Positions 16,215 to 25,990 of a stretch of DNA of 64,000 nt are shown piece after piece. The first letter of the stretch is position 1. Every line of letters starts with the position of its first letter. Origin of the DNA: Deltaproteobacteria bacterium (GTDB taxonomy: Bacteria; Desulfobacterota; GWC2-55-46); contig JACRNO010000060.1 of NCBI GenBank assembly GCA_016234855.1, positions 9,595 to 73,594 of the forward strand, in the 5' to 3' direction. The notes beneath the pieces were generated by a model. That model saw only the letters and a program-made list of their open reading frames with translations, did no database searches and had not been told where the DNA came from. Both the position numbers and the translations under genes were made by a program.

Positions 16215-17930
16215 CTACGCCCCGACGGCGTCCTTCTTTCTGTTCGCATTCTCCGTCATCAATCCATGCAACGGCAGAAGTATCTTGAAGACCGTGCCGG
16301 AGCCGAGGCTGCTTCTGGCGTCGATTGTGCCCTCATGGCTCTCTATAATCCTGTGTATGATGGCAAGGCCGAGGCCAGTGCCGGTATCCTTGGTCGAAAA
16401 GAACGGGTCGAATATCCTCTTGAGGTCGTCCTGCTTGATGCCGCAGCCGGTATCCGTCACCAGCACCTCCGCATACGAGCGATGCGCGCCCCCGGACAGA
16501 CGGCTGTCCGCGGAATTGTCGTTATGCAATATCCTTGAAGTCAAGGTCAAGGTGCCGCCGTTCGGCATGGCATGGGCCGCGTTTACGAAAAGGTTCCAGA
16601 AGACCTGCCCTAACTGCCGCTCCAGGCCGTTGACGTACAACCCCTCGCCGAGGTTGCTTTTGATATTGATGCCGGCAGCCTCAGGGCTGTTTTCAAAGAC
16701 CTTTACCGTGCCCCTTATGACCGCGGCGAGATCGACCCTGTCTCTCTTGCCGGTGGCAGGTTTAGCGAAGAGCAGGTAGTCGGTTATGAGCTTATTGAGC
16801 CGTTCGGTCTCGCGCACCACTATCTCCATCAGATGGGCGTTATCTCCGCTCAGACGGAGTTCGTCACTGAGCACCTGTATGGAGCCGCTTATGGAGGCCA
16901 GCGGGTTTCTTATCTCATGCGCTATGCCTACGGAGAGTTCGCCAAGGGCCTTGAGCTTCTCGCTCACGCGAAGCCTTTCCTCCATCGCCTTTATCTGCGT
17001 CATATCCTCGAAGATGATAATGTAAGCGGCCTCCCCGCCCTCGCCCCTGGAGATGGTATACCCGATACATACCTCTACGCCGTCCTTTTTTCTGAAGTTC
17101 TTTTCCGCGCGAAGGCTCTCTCTGGGCGAATCGCCCGGGGCGCCCTGCATCATATCCGGGAATATCTCACGCGCGTCCTTGTAGTATACGTCGCGCAGGT
17201 TATACCCCGTAACATGGGTCGCCTCCTTGTTAAACGAGGTTATCCGCAATAGTTCGTCAACGGTCATTATGCCGCTCGTAATGTTCTCGACTATCAGACG
17301 ATTGAGACTCTCGAGTCTGTCGAAGTCTATCTCCTTCGCTTCAAGCCTCTTTTCGACCTTGGCCATTGACTCGGCAAGATAGCCTGCCAGATACGCAATA
17401 ATGAAATAAGCAAGGATATTCGTCGTTATGGTCGTAAATACGTCCGCCCACAAAGGCGCGGCCACGTGGACGCCGAAGACCTTGAATTTTGCGGGAAGCA
17501 CCCTATAGTAGTCAAGGTCTATCAATACGCCATAACAGATGGCGGAGAGGGCTGCCGCGTAAAGACCTCCGCGCTTATTAATGATAATGGCGCCGCCTAT
17601 GACGACCAACGGATAAAGGACGTGAAGATAGCTCTCCACCCCGCCGGTGATATATACGATAAGCGTTATCAGAAGGATATCCGCCGTGACCTGCATGTAG
17701 ACGAAGAGCTTGAGGTTGGCTATCCGCTTGAATACGATGGCATAGAAGATTGAGAAGAGACCGACAAGGACAACTATTGCATAGAGGGGCGTAAAATTGA
17801 TATCTGCGGTGGAGGAGGCCTTTATCTGAAACCACGAGGTTATGCTCAGGAACGCAAGCCCGAGGACAACCCTAAGCACCATCATGGCCAGGAGTTTAGC
17901 CCGGAACGCGCTTATGGGGCTTTCCTGCAT
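16215..17930 (-). CDS. pilS: Sensor histidine kinase PilS
   Basis: 571 aa with a multi-TM N-terminal domain, PAS-like region, HisKA (GIAHEIRNPLASI) and HATPase_c. Immediately upstream of pilR. Confidence 0.85.
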   Translation of the reverse strand: MQESPISAFRAKLLAMMVLRVVLGLAFLSITSWFQIKASSTADINFTPLYAIVVLVGLFSIFYAIVFKRIANLKLFVYMQVTADILLITLIVYITGGVESYLHVLYPLVVIGGAIIINKRGGLYAAALSAICYGVLIDLDYYRVLPAKFKVFGVHVAAPLWADVFTTITTNILAYFIIAYLAGYLAESMAKVEKRLEAKEIDFDRLESLNRLIVENITSGIMTVDELLRITSFNKEATHVTGYNLRDVYYKDAREIFPDMMQGAPGDSPRESLRAEKNFRKKDGVEVCIGYTISRGEGGEAAYIIIFEDMTQIKAMEERLRVSEKLKALGELSVGIAHEIRNPLASISGSIQVLSDELRLSGDNAHLMEIVVRETERLNKLITDYLLFAKPATGKRDRVDLAAVIRGTVKVFENSPEAAGINIKSNLGEGLYVNGLERQLGQVFWNLFVNAAHAMPNGGTLTLTSRILHNDNSADSRLSGGAHRSYAEVLVTDTGCGIKQDDLKRIFDPFFSTKDTGTGLGLAIIHRIIESHEGTIDARSSLGSGTVFKILLPLHGLMTENANRKKDAVGA

Positions 17931-17947
17931 ATCCCGGTTATCCCGCG

Positions 17948-19168
17948 CTATCCGGCCGCGCCGGCAAGAGCGAATATCGGCAGGTAAAGCGCTATAACCA
18001 ATCCGCCGACGGTGACGCCGAGGAATGCCATCAACATCGGCTCGATAAGGGAGGTCAGCGCCTCGACCGCCGAGTCAACCTCTTCTTCATAGAAGTCGGC
18101 AATCTTGTTGAGCATGGCGTCGAGCGCGCCGGTGGACTCACCGACGCCTATCATCTGCACGACCATGCCAGGGAAGACCTTGGACTCCGCAAGAGGCTCC
18201 GCAAGCGTCTTGCCCTGCGACAGACTTACACGCGCCTGCATGATGGCTTCTTTAATAATGGTATTGCCTGCGGTGTTGGCGACGATTTCAAGGGCCTCGA
18301 GGATGGGCACGCCGCTGGATAGCATGGTGCCGAGCGTCCTTGTAAAGCGGGCGGTGGAAGACTTTCTTACAAGATCGCCCATGACCGGGAGCTTCAGCAA
18401 TATGCTGTCAATAATCTTCTTGCCCTTAGGGGTTCCGTTGGCATGCTTGATGCCGAAAAAGACAGCCACGAGAAACCCGACAATTATATACCACTGGTGC
18501 TTGAGGAAGTTACTCATGTTAACGACCATCTGCGTGGGCAAAGGCAGCGCCTTGCCAAAACCTGCAAACATGCCCTCGAATATCGGCACGACGAAGATAA
18601 GGAGACCGGAGACGATAAGCGTGGCTATGACTATTACCGCCGTAGGATAGGTCATCGCGCTCTTGACCTTACTCTTTAGCTTCTCGGCCTTCTCAAGGAA
18701 GCCGGAGAGCCTTGCAAGGATGGTATCGAGGATACCGCCGACCTCGCCGGCGGCGACAAGGTTTACATAAAGGTTATCGAAGACCTTTGGGTGCTTTCTG
18801 AGAGAATCGGCAAAGGTTGCGCCGCCTTCAACCGAGTTCTTTACCTCGCCGATGACCCTTTTGAACTCCTTGTTTTCATTCTGGCTGCCCAGCAGGTCGA
18901 GACACTGGACAAGCGGCAGACCGGCGTCAATCATGGTGGCGAACTGACGGCTGAAAATAACGAGCTCTTTGGTGGGCACACCCCCGCCGGGCTTGAAACT
19001 CTTAAGCTTATCCATGAGGCCGCCGCCCACGCCCTTCTCAGTAACCGAGGTCGCGTTGATCTGCATCCTCTTGATGGTGGCGTTGGCTTGAGCAAGGGTT
19101 GCGGCCTCGACCTCGCCGCTGCGTGACTCTCCGGCGATATTCTTACCAGTGTATACGAATGTCGGCAT
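17948..19168 (-). CDS. pilC: Type IV pilus inner-membrane platform protein PilC (GspF family)
   Basis: Two GspF-like repeats with three TM segments. MPTFVYTGKN... is the conserved PilC start (ATG at 19166-19168). The track ORF is extended to 19228. Confidence 0.9.
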   Translation of the reverse strand: MPTFVYTGKNIAGESRSGEVEAATLAQANATIKRMQINATSVTEKGVGGGLMDKLKSFKPGGGVPTKELVIFSRQFATMIDAGLPLVQCLDLLGSQNENKEFKRVIGEVKNSVEGGATFADSLRKHPKVFDNLYVNLVAAGEVGGILDTILARLSGFLEKAEKLKSKVKSAMTYPTAVIVIATLIVSGLLIFVVPIFEGMFAGFGKALPLPTQMVVNMSNFLKHQWYIIVGFLVAVFFGIKHANGTPKGKKIIDSILLKLPVMGDLVRKSSTARFTRTLGTMLSSGVPILEALEIVANTAGNTIIKEAIMQARVSLSQGKTLAEPLAESKVFPGMVVQMIGVGESTGALDAMLNKIADFYEEEVDSAVEALTSLIEPMLMAFLGVTVGGLVIALYLPIFALAGAAG

Positions 19169-19393
19169 AGTTTTATCTTCTCGTTGGCCGCCCTCGATAT
19201 TCATAAAAACGAATATAAAGAGAAGCAATTATTGAAACTGTCGCCATTGTCATGAGCCGGACTCACGACGTCAAAAAAAATCTCAGTACCTGGGCGCGCC
19301 GTATAAAATCGTCTCTCACAACGGCATGCGATTGTAATTATATCACACTTTTGTCATTCATCAAACCCGGAGACTGAAAGCGGCATGCCGGCC

Positions 19394-20524
19394 CTACCTC
19401 ATTGGCGCGCCAGGCTTCACTATTCCGGCATTGGCAAGCATCTGTTTCAACTCATCCGGCTCGGAACTGCGCCCCATCGCCTCGTCCATGTTGATAAGCC
19501 GCCTGCCGACAAGATTGACGAGGCACTGGTTCATCGTCTGCATGCCGAACTTGGACTGACCGACCTGCATCTGGGAGTAGACCTGATGGACCTTATCCTC
19601 GCGGATGAGGTTCCTTATGGCGGCGTTAGGCACCATTATCTCCAACGCGACGCACCTGCCCTTGCCGTCGGCCCTCGGTATCAGGAGCTGCGAAAGCACG
19701 CCCTCGAGCACGAACGACAACTGCGCGCGAATCTGCGGCTGCTGGCCCGAAGGAAATACGTCGACGACCCTGTTTATCGTCTGAACGCATGAGTTCGTAT
19801 GCAGGGTGGCGAAGCACAGATGGCCCGTCTCGGCGACGGTCAGCGCGGTCTCTATGGTCTCGATATCGCGCAGCTCGCCGAGCAGGACGACGTCCGGGTC
19901 CTGACGCAATATATACTTGAGGGCCTTTTTAAAGGCATGTGTGTCATATCCCACCTCGCGTTGATTGACGAGCGCCTTCTTTGACGGATGGAGATATTCT
20001 ATCGGGTCTTCGACCGTAATGATATGCTCGTGCCTCTCCGAATTAATCTTGTCTATCATGGCGGCAAGCGTTGTCGTCTTGCCGCTGCCGGTGGGGCCGG
20101 TAACAAGGATTAGACCGCGCGGTTTTTTACAAAGTTCTTCGAGTATCGGCGGCAGGCCGAGTTCCGTAAAGGACTTTATCTGGAATGGAATAGTCCTGAA
20201 AACGCCTGCAACGGTGCCCCGTTGCACGAAAAGATTGCCCCTGAAACGGCTGAGGCCTTTGAGGCCGAAAGAGAAGTCAAGCTCATTTTCTTCTTCAAAT
20301 TTGTGTTTCTGCGTGTCCTGGAGAATCGTGTAGCATATCTGCTTCGTCTCAACGCCGCTTAGCACCGCCGCGCCGGGCACGGGCTGAAGCGAGCCGTGCA
20401 CGCGCATCCTCGGCGGGGAGTTTGCGGATAAGTGCAGGTCGGAGCCCCCCTTTTCTATCATAATTTTCAAGAGGTCCTGGAGATTGTACTTTGCTCCCCC
20501 GCCGCCTTCGACCGCCATTATCAA
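19394..20524 (-). CDS. pilT: Twitching motility ATPase PilT
   Basis: 376 aa. Walker A GPTGSGKTTT, Asp box and His box (ATLHTN) of PilT-class secretion ATPases, with no N-terminal GSPII extension. AAGGAG SD. Confidence 0.9.
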   Translation of the reverse strand: MIMAVEGGGGAKYNLQDLLKIMIEKGGSDLHLSANSPPRMRVHGSLQPVPGAAVLSGVETKQICYTILQDTQKHKFEEENELDFSFGLKGLSRFRGNLFVQRGTVAGVFRTIPFQIKSFTELGLPPILEELCKKPRGLILVTGPTGSGKTTTLAAMIDKINSERHEHIITVEDPIEYLHPSKKALVNQREVGYDTHAFKKALKYILRQDPDVVLLGELRDIETIETALTVAETGHLCFATLHTNSCVQTINRVVDVFPSGQQPQIRAQLSFVLEGVLSQLLIPRADGKGRCVALEIMVPNAAIRNLIREDKVHQVYSQMQVGQSKFGMQTMNQCLVNLVGRRLINMDEAMGRSSEPDELKQMLANAGIVKPGAPMR

Positions 20525-20587
20525 CTCCTTTCAAGAGAGACCGAGCAAGACCCGTCTCCACGGTATTGGGTCTATTTTAACCCGTAA

Positions 20588-20654
20588 GGACAGTGGTTAG
20601 TGATTAGTATCCACTATCCATTGTCCACTATCCACTAACCACTGTCCACTGTCC
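20588..20654. repeat. Stutter hairpin S2 (CCACTATCC-unit arms)
   Basis: GGACAGTGGTTAGTG...ATCCACTATCCATTGTCCACTATCCACTAACCACTGTCCACTGTCC, with a 15-bp stem GGACAGTGGTTAGTG/CACTAACCACTGTCC. Abuts the pilB stop codon, between pilB and pilT. Confidence 0.6.
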
Positions 20655-22358
20655 CTAATCGGCCATCGTCACCCTCATGATCTCTTCGATGGTGGAGACA
20701 CCCTCAAGCACCTTGGTGATACCGCTCATACGAAGCGTCTTCATCCCGTCTTTGATGGCAATCCTTTTAATCTCCGAGGTAGGGGCGCCGTTCAACACCG
20801 CCTCCTTCAGGGCATCCGTAAAAGGCATGACCTCGTAAAGCGCTATCCTGCCCTTGTACCCGCTTCCGTTGCACGTCGCGCACCCCGCGCCCTTGTAGAC
20901 CTCAACCCCGGCGTCTATAATGTCCTGCGCGACGCCGAAGGTCTTTAACAAGGCCTCGGACGGCTGTGGGGCCTTGACCTTGCAGTCCTTGCATACCTTA
21001 CGGGCGAGCCTCTGGGCCAGGATGAGGTTACATGCGGACGAGACGAGGAACGGTTCTATACCCATGTTAAGCAGCCTGTTAACGGTGCCCGGGGCGTCGT
21101 TCGTATGGAGAGTGGAAAGCACCAAATGACCCGTAAGCGCGGCCTTGACCGCGATCTCGGCCGTCTCATAGTCGCGTATCTCTCCGACCATGATAACGTC
21201 CGGGTCCTGACGCAGGAAGCTCCTCAGCGCCGCCGCGAAGTTCAGGCCGATATCGTCGTGCATCTGACACTGGTTTATGCCGCCGAGATTGAACTCGACT
21301 GGGTCTTCCGCGGTCGAGATATTCTCGCTCACCTTGTTAAGGTCTGAGAGGGCTGAATAAAGCGTCGTCGTCTTGCCGGAGCCGGTCGGGCCGGTGACGA
21401 GGCAGATGCCCCACGGCTTGTGGATGGCGTGCATGAAGTCGTCAAGGGCCTTCTGCTCGAAACCGAGCTTGGTCATGTCGAGCTGCAGGTTGCCCTTGTC
21501 GAGGAGACGCAAGACCGTCTTCTCGCCGAAGAGCGTCGGCAGCACGGAGACGCGGTAGTCCATCTCCTTGTTCTTGGCGAGCTTGAGCTTGATCCTGCCG
21601 TCCTGCGGCAGCCTGCGCTCGGCGATATCGAGATTGGCGATGATCTTTATCCTGGACGTGATGGCGTTTCTGAGCTTCATGGGAGGCTTCATCACCTCCT
21701 GAAGCACGCCGTCAATCCTGTAACGCACGCGGAAGGACTTTTCATAGGGCTCGATATGGATATCGGAGGCGTTCTTCTTGATGGCGTCGGTGAGTATCAT
21801 GTTGACGAGCTTGACGACAGGGGCGTCTTCAACGGCCTTCTTGAGGTCGTTGACGTCGACGTCGTCTTCCTCCCTGACGACCTCCATGTCGGTGTCTTCA
21901 AAATCGCCGAGCATGCCTTCGAGGTTGGCCTCCGGCGATTCATACTGCTTTTCAATGGCGGCCTTTATGGCGGCCTCGGAGGCGATAAGCGGCTCGACGT
22001 TGTAACCGGTAAGGAATTTTATGTCGTCGATTGCGAAGATGTTGGACGGGTCGGCCATGGCCATGACCAACGTGGAGCCGGTCCTGTTAACCGGTATTAT
22101 CTGGTACTTCTGACAGACGTCCTCAGGTATGAGCTTTACGATTTCAGGGTCGATTTCAGCGGCGGCAAGGTCGATGGTGGGTATCCCGTACTGCCTGCTC
22201 AAAAAGGCGGTCAGGTCTTTTTCGGTAATGAATCCGAGCTTGGTGAGATTAAGACCAAGCCGGCCACCGCTCATCTTCTGCTCATCAATAGCCTTTTTCA
22301 ACTGCTCGGCCGTAATAAGCCTCTCTCTAAGTAGTAGTTCGCCGATTCTATCCGCCAT
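20655..22358 (-). CDS. pilB: Type IV pilus assembly ATPase PilB
   Basis: 567 aa. GSPII N-domain, Walker A GPTGSGKTTT, tetracysteine motif (CKDC...CATCNGSG). Confidence 0.9.
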   Translation of the reverse strand: MADRIGELLLRERLITAEQLKKAIDEQKMSGGRLGLNLTKLGFITEKDLTAFLSRQYGIPTIDLAAAEIDPEIVKLIPEDVCQKYQIIPVNRTGSTLVMAMADPSNIFAIDDIKFLTGYNVEPLIASEAAIKAAIEKQYESPEANLEGMLGDFEDTDMEVVREEDDVDVNDLKKAVEDAPVVKLVNMILTDAIKKNASDIHIEPYEKSFRVRYRIDGVLQEVMKPPMKLRNAITSRIKIIANLDIAERRLPQDGRIKLKLAKNKEMDYRVSVLPTLFGEKTVLRLLDKGNLQLDMTKLGFEQKALDDFMHAIHKPWGICLVTGPTGSGKTTTLYSALSDLNKVSENISTAEDPVEFNLGGINQCQMHDDIGLNFAAALRSFLRQDPDVIMVGEIRDYETAEIAVKAALTGHLVLSTLHTNDAPGTVNRLLNMGIEPFLVSSACNLILAQRLARKVCKDCKVKAPQPSEALLKTFGVAQDIIDAGVEVYKGAGCATCNGSGYKGRIALYEVMPFTDALKEAVLNGAPTSEIKRIAIKDGMKTLRMSGITKVLEGVSTIEEIMRVTMAD

Positions 22359-22445
22359 TGCGAGCGCCTGAGAAGAAAATTTTATTTAGCAACAAGTAAC
22401 TATCATATAAAAAACAGCAAACTGTGTCAAGGTCTTTGCTGTGAT

Positions 22446-22596
22446 TTAAGGAAGCTCTGATTAATTCTGTTATTTGTCATTCCGAGGAGCGCTGTTGCGA
22501 CGAGGAATCTTGTAACTTGCTGAATTGCCTGCGAAACAAGATTTCTCGCTACGCTCGAAATGACAATTTGGTTGAATTAATCAGAGTTTCCTTAAT
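22446..22596. mobile_element. MITE-like element copy 4 (upstream of pilB)
   Basis: TIRs TTAAGGAAGCTCTGATTAATTC (22446-22467) and GAATTAATCAGAGTTTCCTTAA (22575-22596). Internal GTCATTCCGAGGAGCG...CGCTCGAAATGACA palindrome. Confidence 0.65.
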
Positions 22597-22659
22597 ATCG
22601 CCTGCGCGGGGCCCGGAGGCCTTATCGCGCGGCGGCCGTGACGGCTTGAACCAGGCCGG

Positions 22660-23082
22660 TTACGCGTACTTGCGCGCGGTATGGATGACCTCCTCGGCGA
22701 AGAAAGGTTTCCTGATATAAACGTCTATCATCCCCTCCTTTACCCCCTCGAATATGTACCTTTCCGCATCCCTGAAGTAGCCGGTAAAGAGGACGACATG
22801 CACGTCGCCGGCGGCCTGTTTTATCTTCCTGTAGGTCTCCAGCCCGTTCATCCCGGGCATGACCATGTCCATGAACACCAGGGAGTAACCGCCATGCTTC
22901 ATTTTCTCAAGCGCGGCGGCCCCGCTTGTGACGTAGGCGGCGGCAAAACCCGCGTCCTTTAACATCTCGGACATGCCTATCCCGACCGACTCCTCGTCAT
23001 CGACTATCAGAATCTTTTTCACCCTCTCTTTCTCGCTCAATGCAATATACCTCCTTTCGATAATTACCCGCATGCTCCTCAC
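22660..23082 (-). CDS. Single-domain response regulator (CheY-like receiver)
   Basis: ILIVDDEES...FMDMVMPGMNG...K receiver motifs with no output domain. Start could be at 23043. Confidence 0.75.
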   Translation of the reverse strand: MRSMRVIIERRYIALSEKERVKKILIVDDEESVGIGMSEMLKDAGFAAAYVTSGAAALEKMKHGGYSLVFMDMVMPGMNGLETYRKIKQAAGDVHVVLFTGYFRDAERYIFEGVKEGMIDVYIRKPFFAEEVIHTARKYA

Positions 23083-23255
23083 GAAGGGCGTGCCCGGTCA
23101 GGACAGGCCGCGGGGTGAGAGCCTTAGGAGTTATACTCGGCGGCCTGAAGGAGACCCGATAGGCCGGACGGCGCCCGGCAAACCGTGCTTTGCTTCAGAC
23201 TCATGGCTTGGGGCATACATGCAAACGTTTGTTCAAAACCTTCAACGCGAACGGC

Positions 23256-25217
23256 CTAAGGCACGGCCGTTGAATCGTCATGTACCGGCAGAAATATCCT
23301 GAAGACAGCCCCGGAACCCGGGGCGTTCGCGCCTTCTATGCGGCCGTTGTGCTCGTTCATTATAGATTGCGAAATGGAAAGACCGAGCCCGATATTGAGC
23401 CCGCCGCCCTTCTCCTTGGTGCTGAAGAACGGGTCGAACATCTTGTTTAACGCATCAGGCGATATGCCGGGACCGGTATCGCGTATCTCCGCCACCGCAT
23501 AGCGCGCGCCTGCCTCCTCTTTTTCGTATGTCGAGATGAATATCCTGCCCTTGCCGTGCATCGCGTCGCGCGCGTTCTTGATGATATTCAGCATCACCTC
23601 CATTATCTGCCCCTTGTTGGCGTATACCGGGGACAAATCCGCTTTGATATCCTTCACGATATCGATAGCGGAGGTCTTTATCTCCGAGATAAAGAGACAC
23701 AGCGTAGCGGTTATGACCTCGTTCAGCAATACCGGCGCAAAACCGGAACGGGCCGGTCTTGCATAAGCAAGCATGTCTTGGATGATATACTTGGAGCGCA
23801 CCGCCGCGTCCTTGACCTTTTCAAGGAAGTAGTACTTCGGGTCGTTCTTATCCGTCCTGGCCATCAGCACCTCGGTGATGCTGAGGATTCCGGCAATAGG
23901 GCTATTGAGCTCGTGCGCGATGCCTGCGCCCATCTCTCCAAGCGAGGTCATCTTGGCGGTCTGTATCAGCTTCGATTCGGAGTCCTTCAACCGGCCGTAT
24001 GCCGTCTCAAGTTCCTTGAGCGTGCTGCTGAGCGCATCGGTGCGCTCGGCCACGGTCTCCTCCAGTTCGCGTATGTTCCTGTTAAGGGTCTGTATGAATC
24101 CCTTCCTCTCCGTGGTGTCGCGCCATATCTCTATCATGTACTTCCTGCGCCCCAGTTCCAGCACCGAGGCCGCTATCTCCACTGAAGTAAGCATCCCGTT
24201 CTTTCCAAAGAGTTCCGCGTCGCGCAGATACCCCTTGCCGTCAAAGACCCATCTGTCAAACGCGGAGCCGTACTCGGCCTGACTGGCGTCGGGATAAAGC
24301 TCCTCGGAAGATATGACAAGGAGTTCCTCGCGTGAATACCCTGTAATCGCCACGGCCGCCGGATTCACGTCCACGAACCTCCTGGTCTCTATATCGATAA
24401 GGACTATCGCGTCAACGGCCATCTGCACGAGCTTGGTGTACTTCTCGTTAAGCTCGTTCAACCGGGTGGTGGCCTGCAGAAGGGACTCGGTCATACCGTC
24501 AAAGGCCGCGCCGAGATCCTCCAGTTCGTCGCCCGTCTTCAGGTTCAGACGGTATGACAGGTCGCCGGAGGCAAGCGCATCGACCCCGCCCTTGATGTAA
24601 TTGAGCGGCTTGAGCAGACAGTAGTTCACGGTGGCAAGAACGGCGACGAACGTGGCAACGAGTATGGCGCCGCCCCATATAAGAAAACTCCTGGTGTGAG
24701 CGCTGATTATATTCTCGTGGTCCTCGAAGTTCAGCCGCATCGATATGACGCCGGCGACGGCCCCCTCGGCGCCCGTGTGGCAGCGTATGCACGCGCGCTC
24801 AAGAAAGACCGGCGAGACGCGGCGCACGGAACTTACGCCGTCTCGTATCTTTTCAAAGACGTCGGATGAGACCCCGCCCAGCGCATCCCTGTCAAGCTCG
24901 TCGCGCGCCATTTCGTCCAACTCAGGCCCGTATTGCATGTCCAGCGCCGGACCGTGCAAGACCCTTATCTCGGCCACGCCGTTCATGGCGTTGAAGCGCT
25001 CGACTATAGCCCTGTTCTCTTCTCTGCCGCCGCCAAGCCGCATGGAGGTGTATAACTGGTCGAAAAGGGCGTTGCTTAGGCGCTCCGCCTCGTTTATCCC
25101 TATATGGCGCATGAGCCTGGTGTCGGAACCGACGTCAAAATATACGAGCATCAATATGCCGGCGAGCAATATTGCGCCGATTATCAGGTTGAATCTCTGC
25201 GAAAGCCTGAGTCTCAT
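23256..25217 (-). CDS. Sensor histidine kinase with periplasmic CxxCH heme-binding motif domain, HAMP, PAS, HisKA, HATPase
   Basis: 653 aa. Two TM helices bracket a ~150-aa periplasmic region containing CIRCH (CxxCH c-type heme attachment motif). HAMP follows TM2, then PAS, HisKA (HELNSPIAGI) and HATPase_c. Confidence 0.8.
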   Translation of the reverse strand: MRLRLSQRFNLIIGAILLAGILMLVYFDVGSDTRLMRHIGINEAERLSNALFDQLYTSMRLGGGREENRAIVERFNAMNGVAEIRVLHGPALDMQYGPELDEMARDELDRDALGGVSSDVFEKIRDGVSSVRRVSPVFLERACIRCHTGAEGAVAGVISMRLNFEDHENIISAHTRSFLIWGGAILVATFVAVLATVNYCLLKPLNYIKGGVDALASGDLSYRLNLKTGDELEDLGAAFDGMTESLLQATTRLNELNEKYTKLVQMAVDAIVLIDIETRRFVDVNPAAVAITGYSREELLVISSEELYPDASQAEYGSAFDRWVFDGKGYLRDAELFGKNGMLTSVEIAASVLELGRRKYMIEIWRDTTERKGFIQTLNRNIRELEETVAERTDALSSTLKELETAYGRLKDSESKLIQTAKMTSLGEMGAGIAHELNSPIAGILSITEVLMARTDKNDPKYYFLEKVKDAAVRSKYIIQDMLAYARPARSGFAPVLLNEVITATLCLFISEIKTSAIDIVKDIKADLSPVYANKGQIMEVMLNIIKNARDAMHGKGRIFISTYEKEEAGARYAVAEIRDTGPGISPDALNKMFDPFFSTKEKGGGLNIGLGLSISQSIMNEHNGRIEGANAPGSGAVFRIFLPVHDDSTAVP

Positions 25218-25398
25218 GGGGTTGGGTAATTGTGTTGATTAGAGTCGGAGGTGTTCAATCTCTTCGCCGGAAACTAAAAATATCATGGGTCGGGGATGGT
25301 TATGCTCATGAAGCGGTTATATTGAGATTTTATCGCGGTATACGGGTTTGTCAACAGACACAGGGACGCTGCCGGCGCCACTGCACGGTTTGCGCCCT

Positions 25399-25971
25399 TT
25401 AAACAGACCGGCCGGCCCCTCTGAAAAAGGCCACAAAGTAATCGATGCCCGACCATACCGTAAGTATCAGGGCGGCGGCAAATAACACGAGGCCTATGGA
25501 CTGAAAGTCCACCCCGAAGAAGGGGTAATGCAACAGGAGAGACACGATGGCGACTATCTGCATGAAGGTCTTCCACTTGCCGAGCCTTGAGGCCGCTATG
25601 ACCACCCCCATGTCCACGGCTATGGCGCGAAGCCCCGTGACCGCCATCTCCCGGCTTATGAGGATGGCGACGGCCCACGCGGGAATCCTGCCTGACGGGA
25701 TGAGCATTATGAGAACGGTGGTGATGATTATCTTGTCGGCAAGCGGGTCAAGGAACTTGCCCAGCGTGGTCACCGACGACCAGCGCCGCGCCAGATAGCC
25801 GTCGAGCCAGTCGGTCGCGCATACGAGCGCGAATATAGCGGCGGCCGCCACGCTTAACAACCTGTCCGGAGAAAGGAGCAATAAGACGAGCACGGGGGCG
25901 CATACAATCCTGATGACGGACAGGCTATTGGGAATATTCAGATAACGCACCTGAGTTTCAGACCGCATCAC
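25399..25971 (-). CDS. pgsA: CDP-diacylglycerol--glycerol-3-phosphate 3-phosphatidyltransferase
   Basis: CDP-alcohol phosphatidyltransferase motif DGYLARRW...G...DPLADKIII. 190-aa membrane protein. Confidence 0.8.
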   Translation of the reverse strand: MMRSETQVRYLNIPNSLSVIRIVCAPVLVLLLLSPDRLLSVAAAAIFALVCATDWLDGYLARRWSSVTTLGKFLDPLADKIIITTVLIMLIPSGRIPAWAVAILISREMAVTGLRAIAVDMGVVIAASRLGKWKTFMQIVAIVSLLLHYPFFGVDFQSIGLVLFAAALILTVWSGIDYFVAFFRGAGRSV

Positions 25972-25990
25972 GCTACCGATTTTGAGAAGA

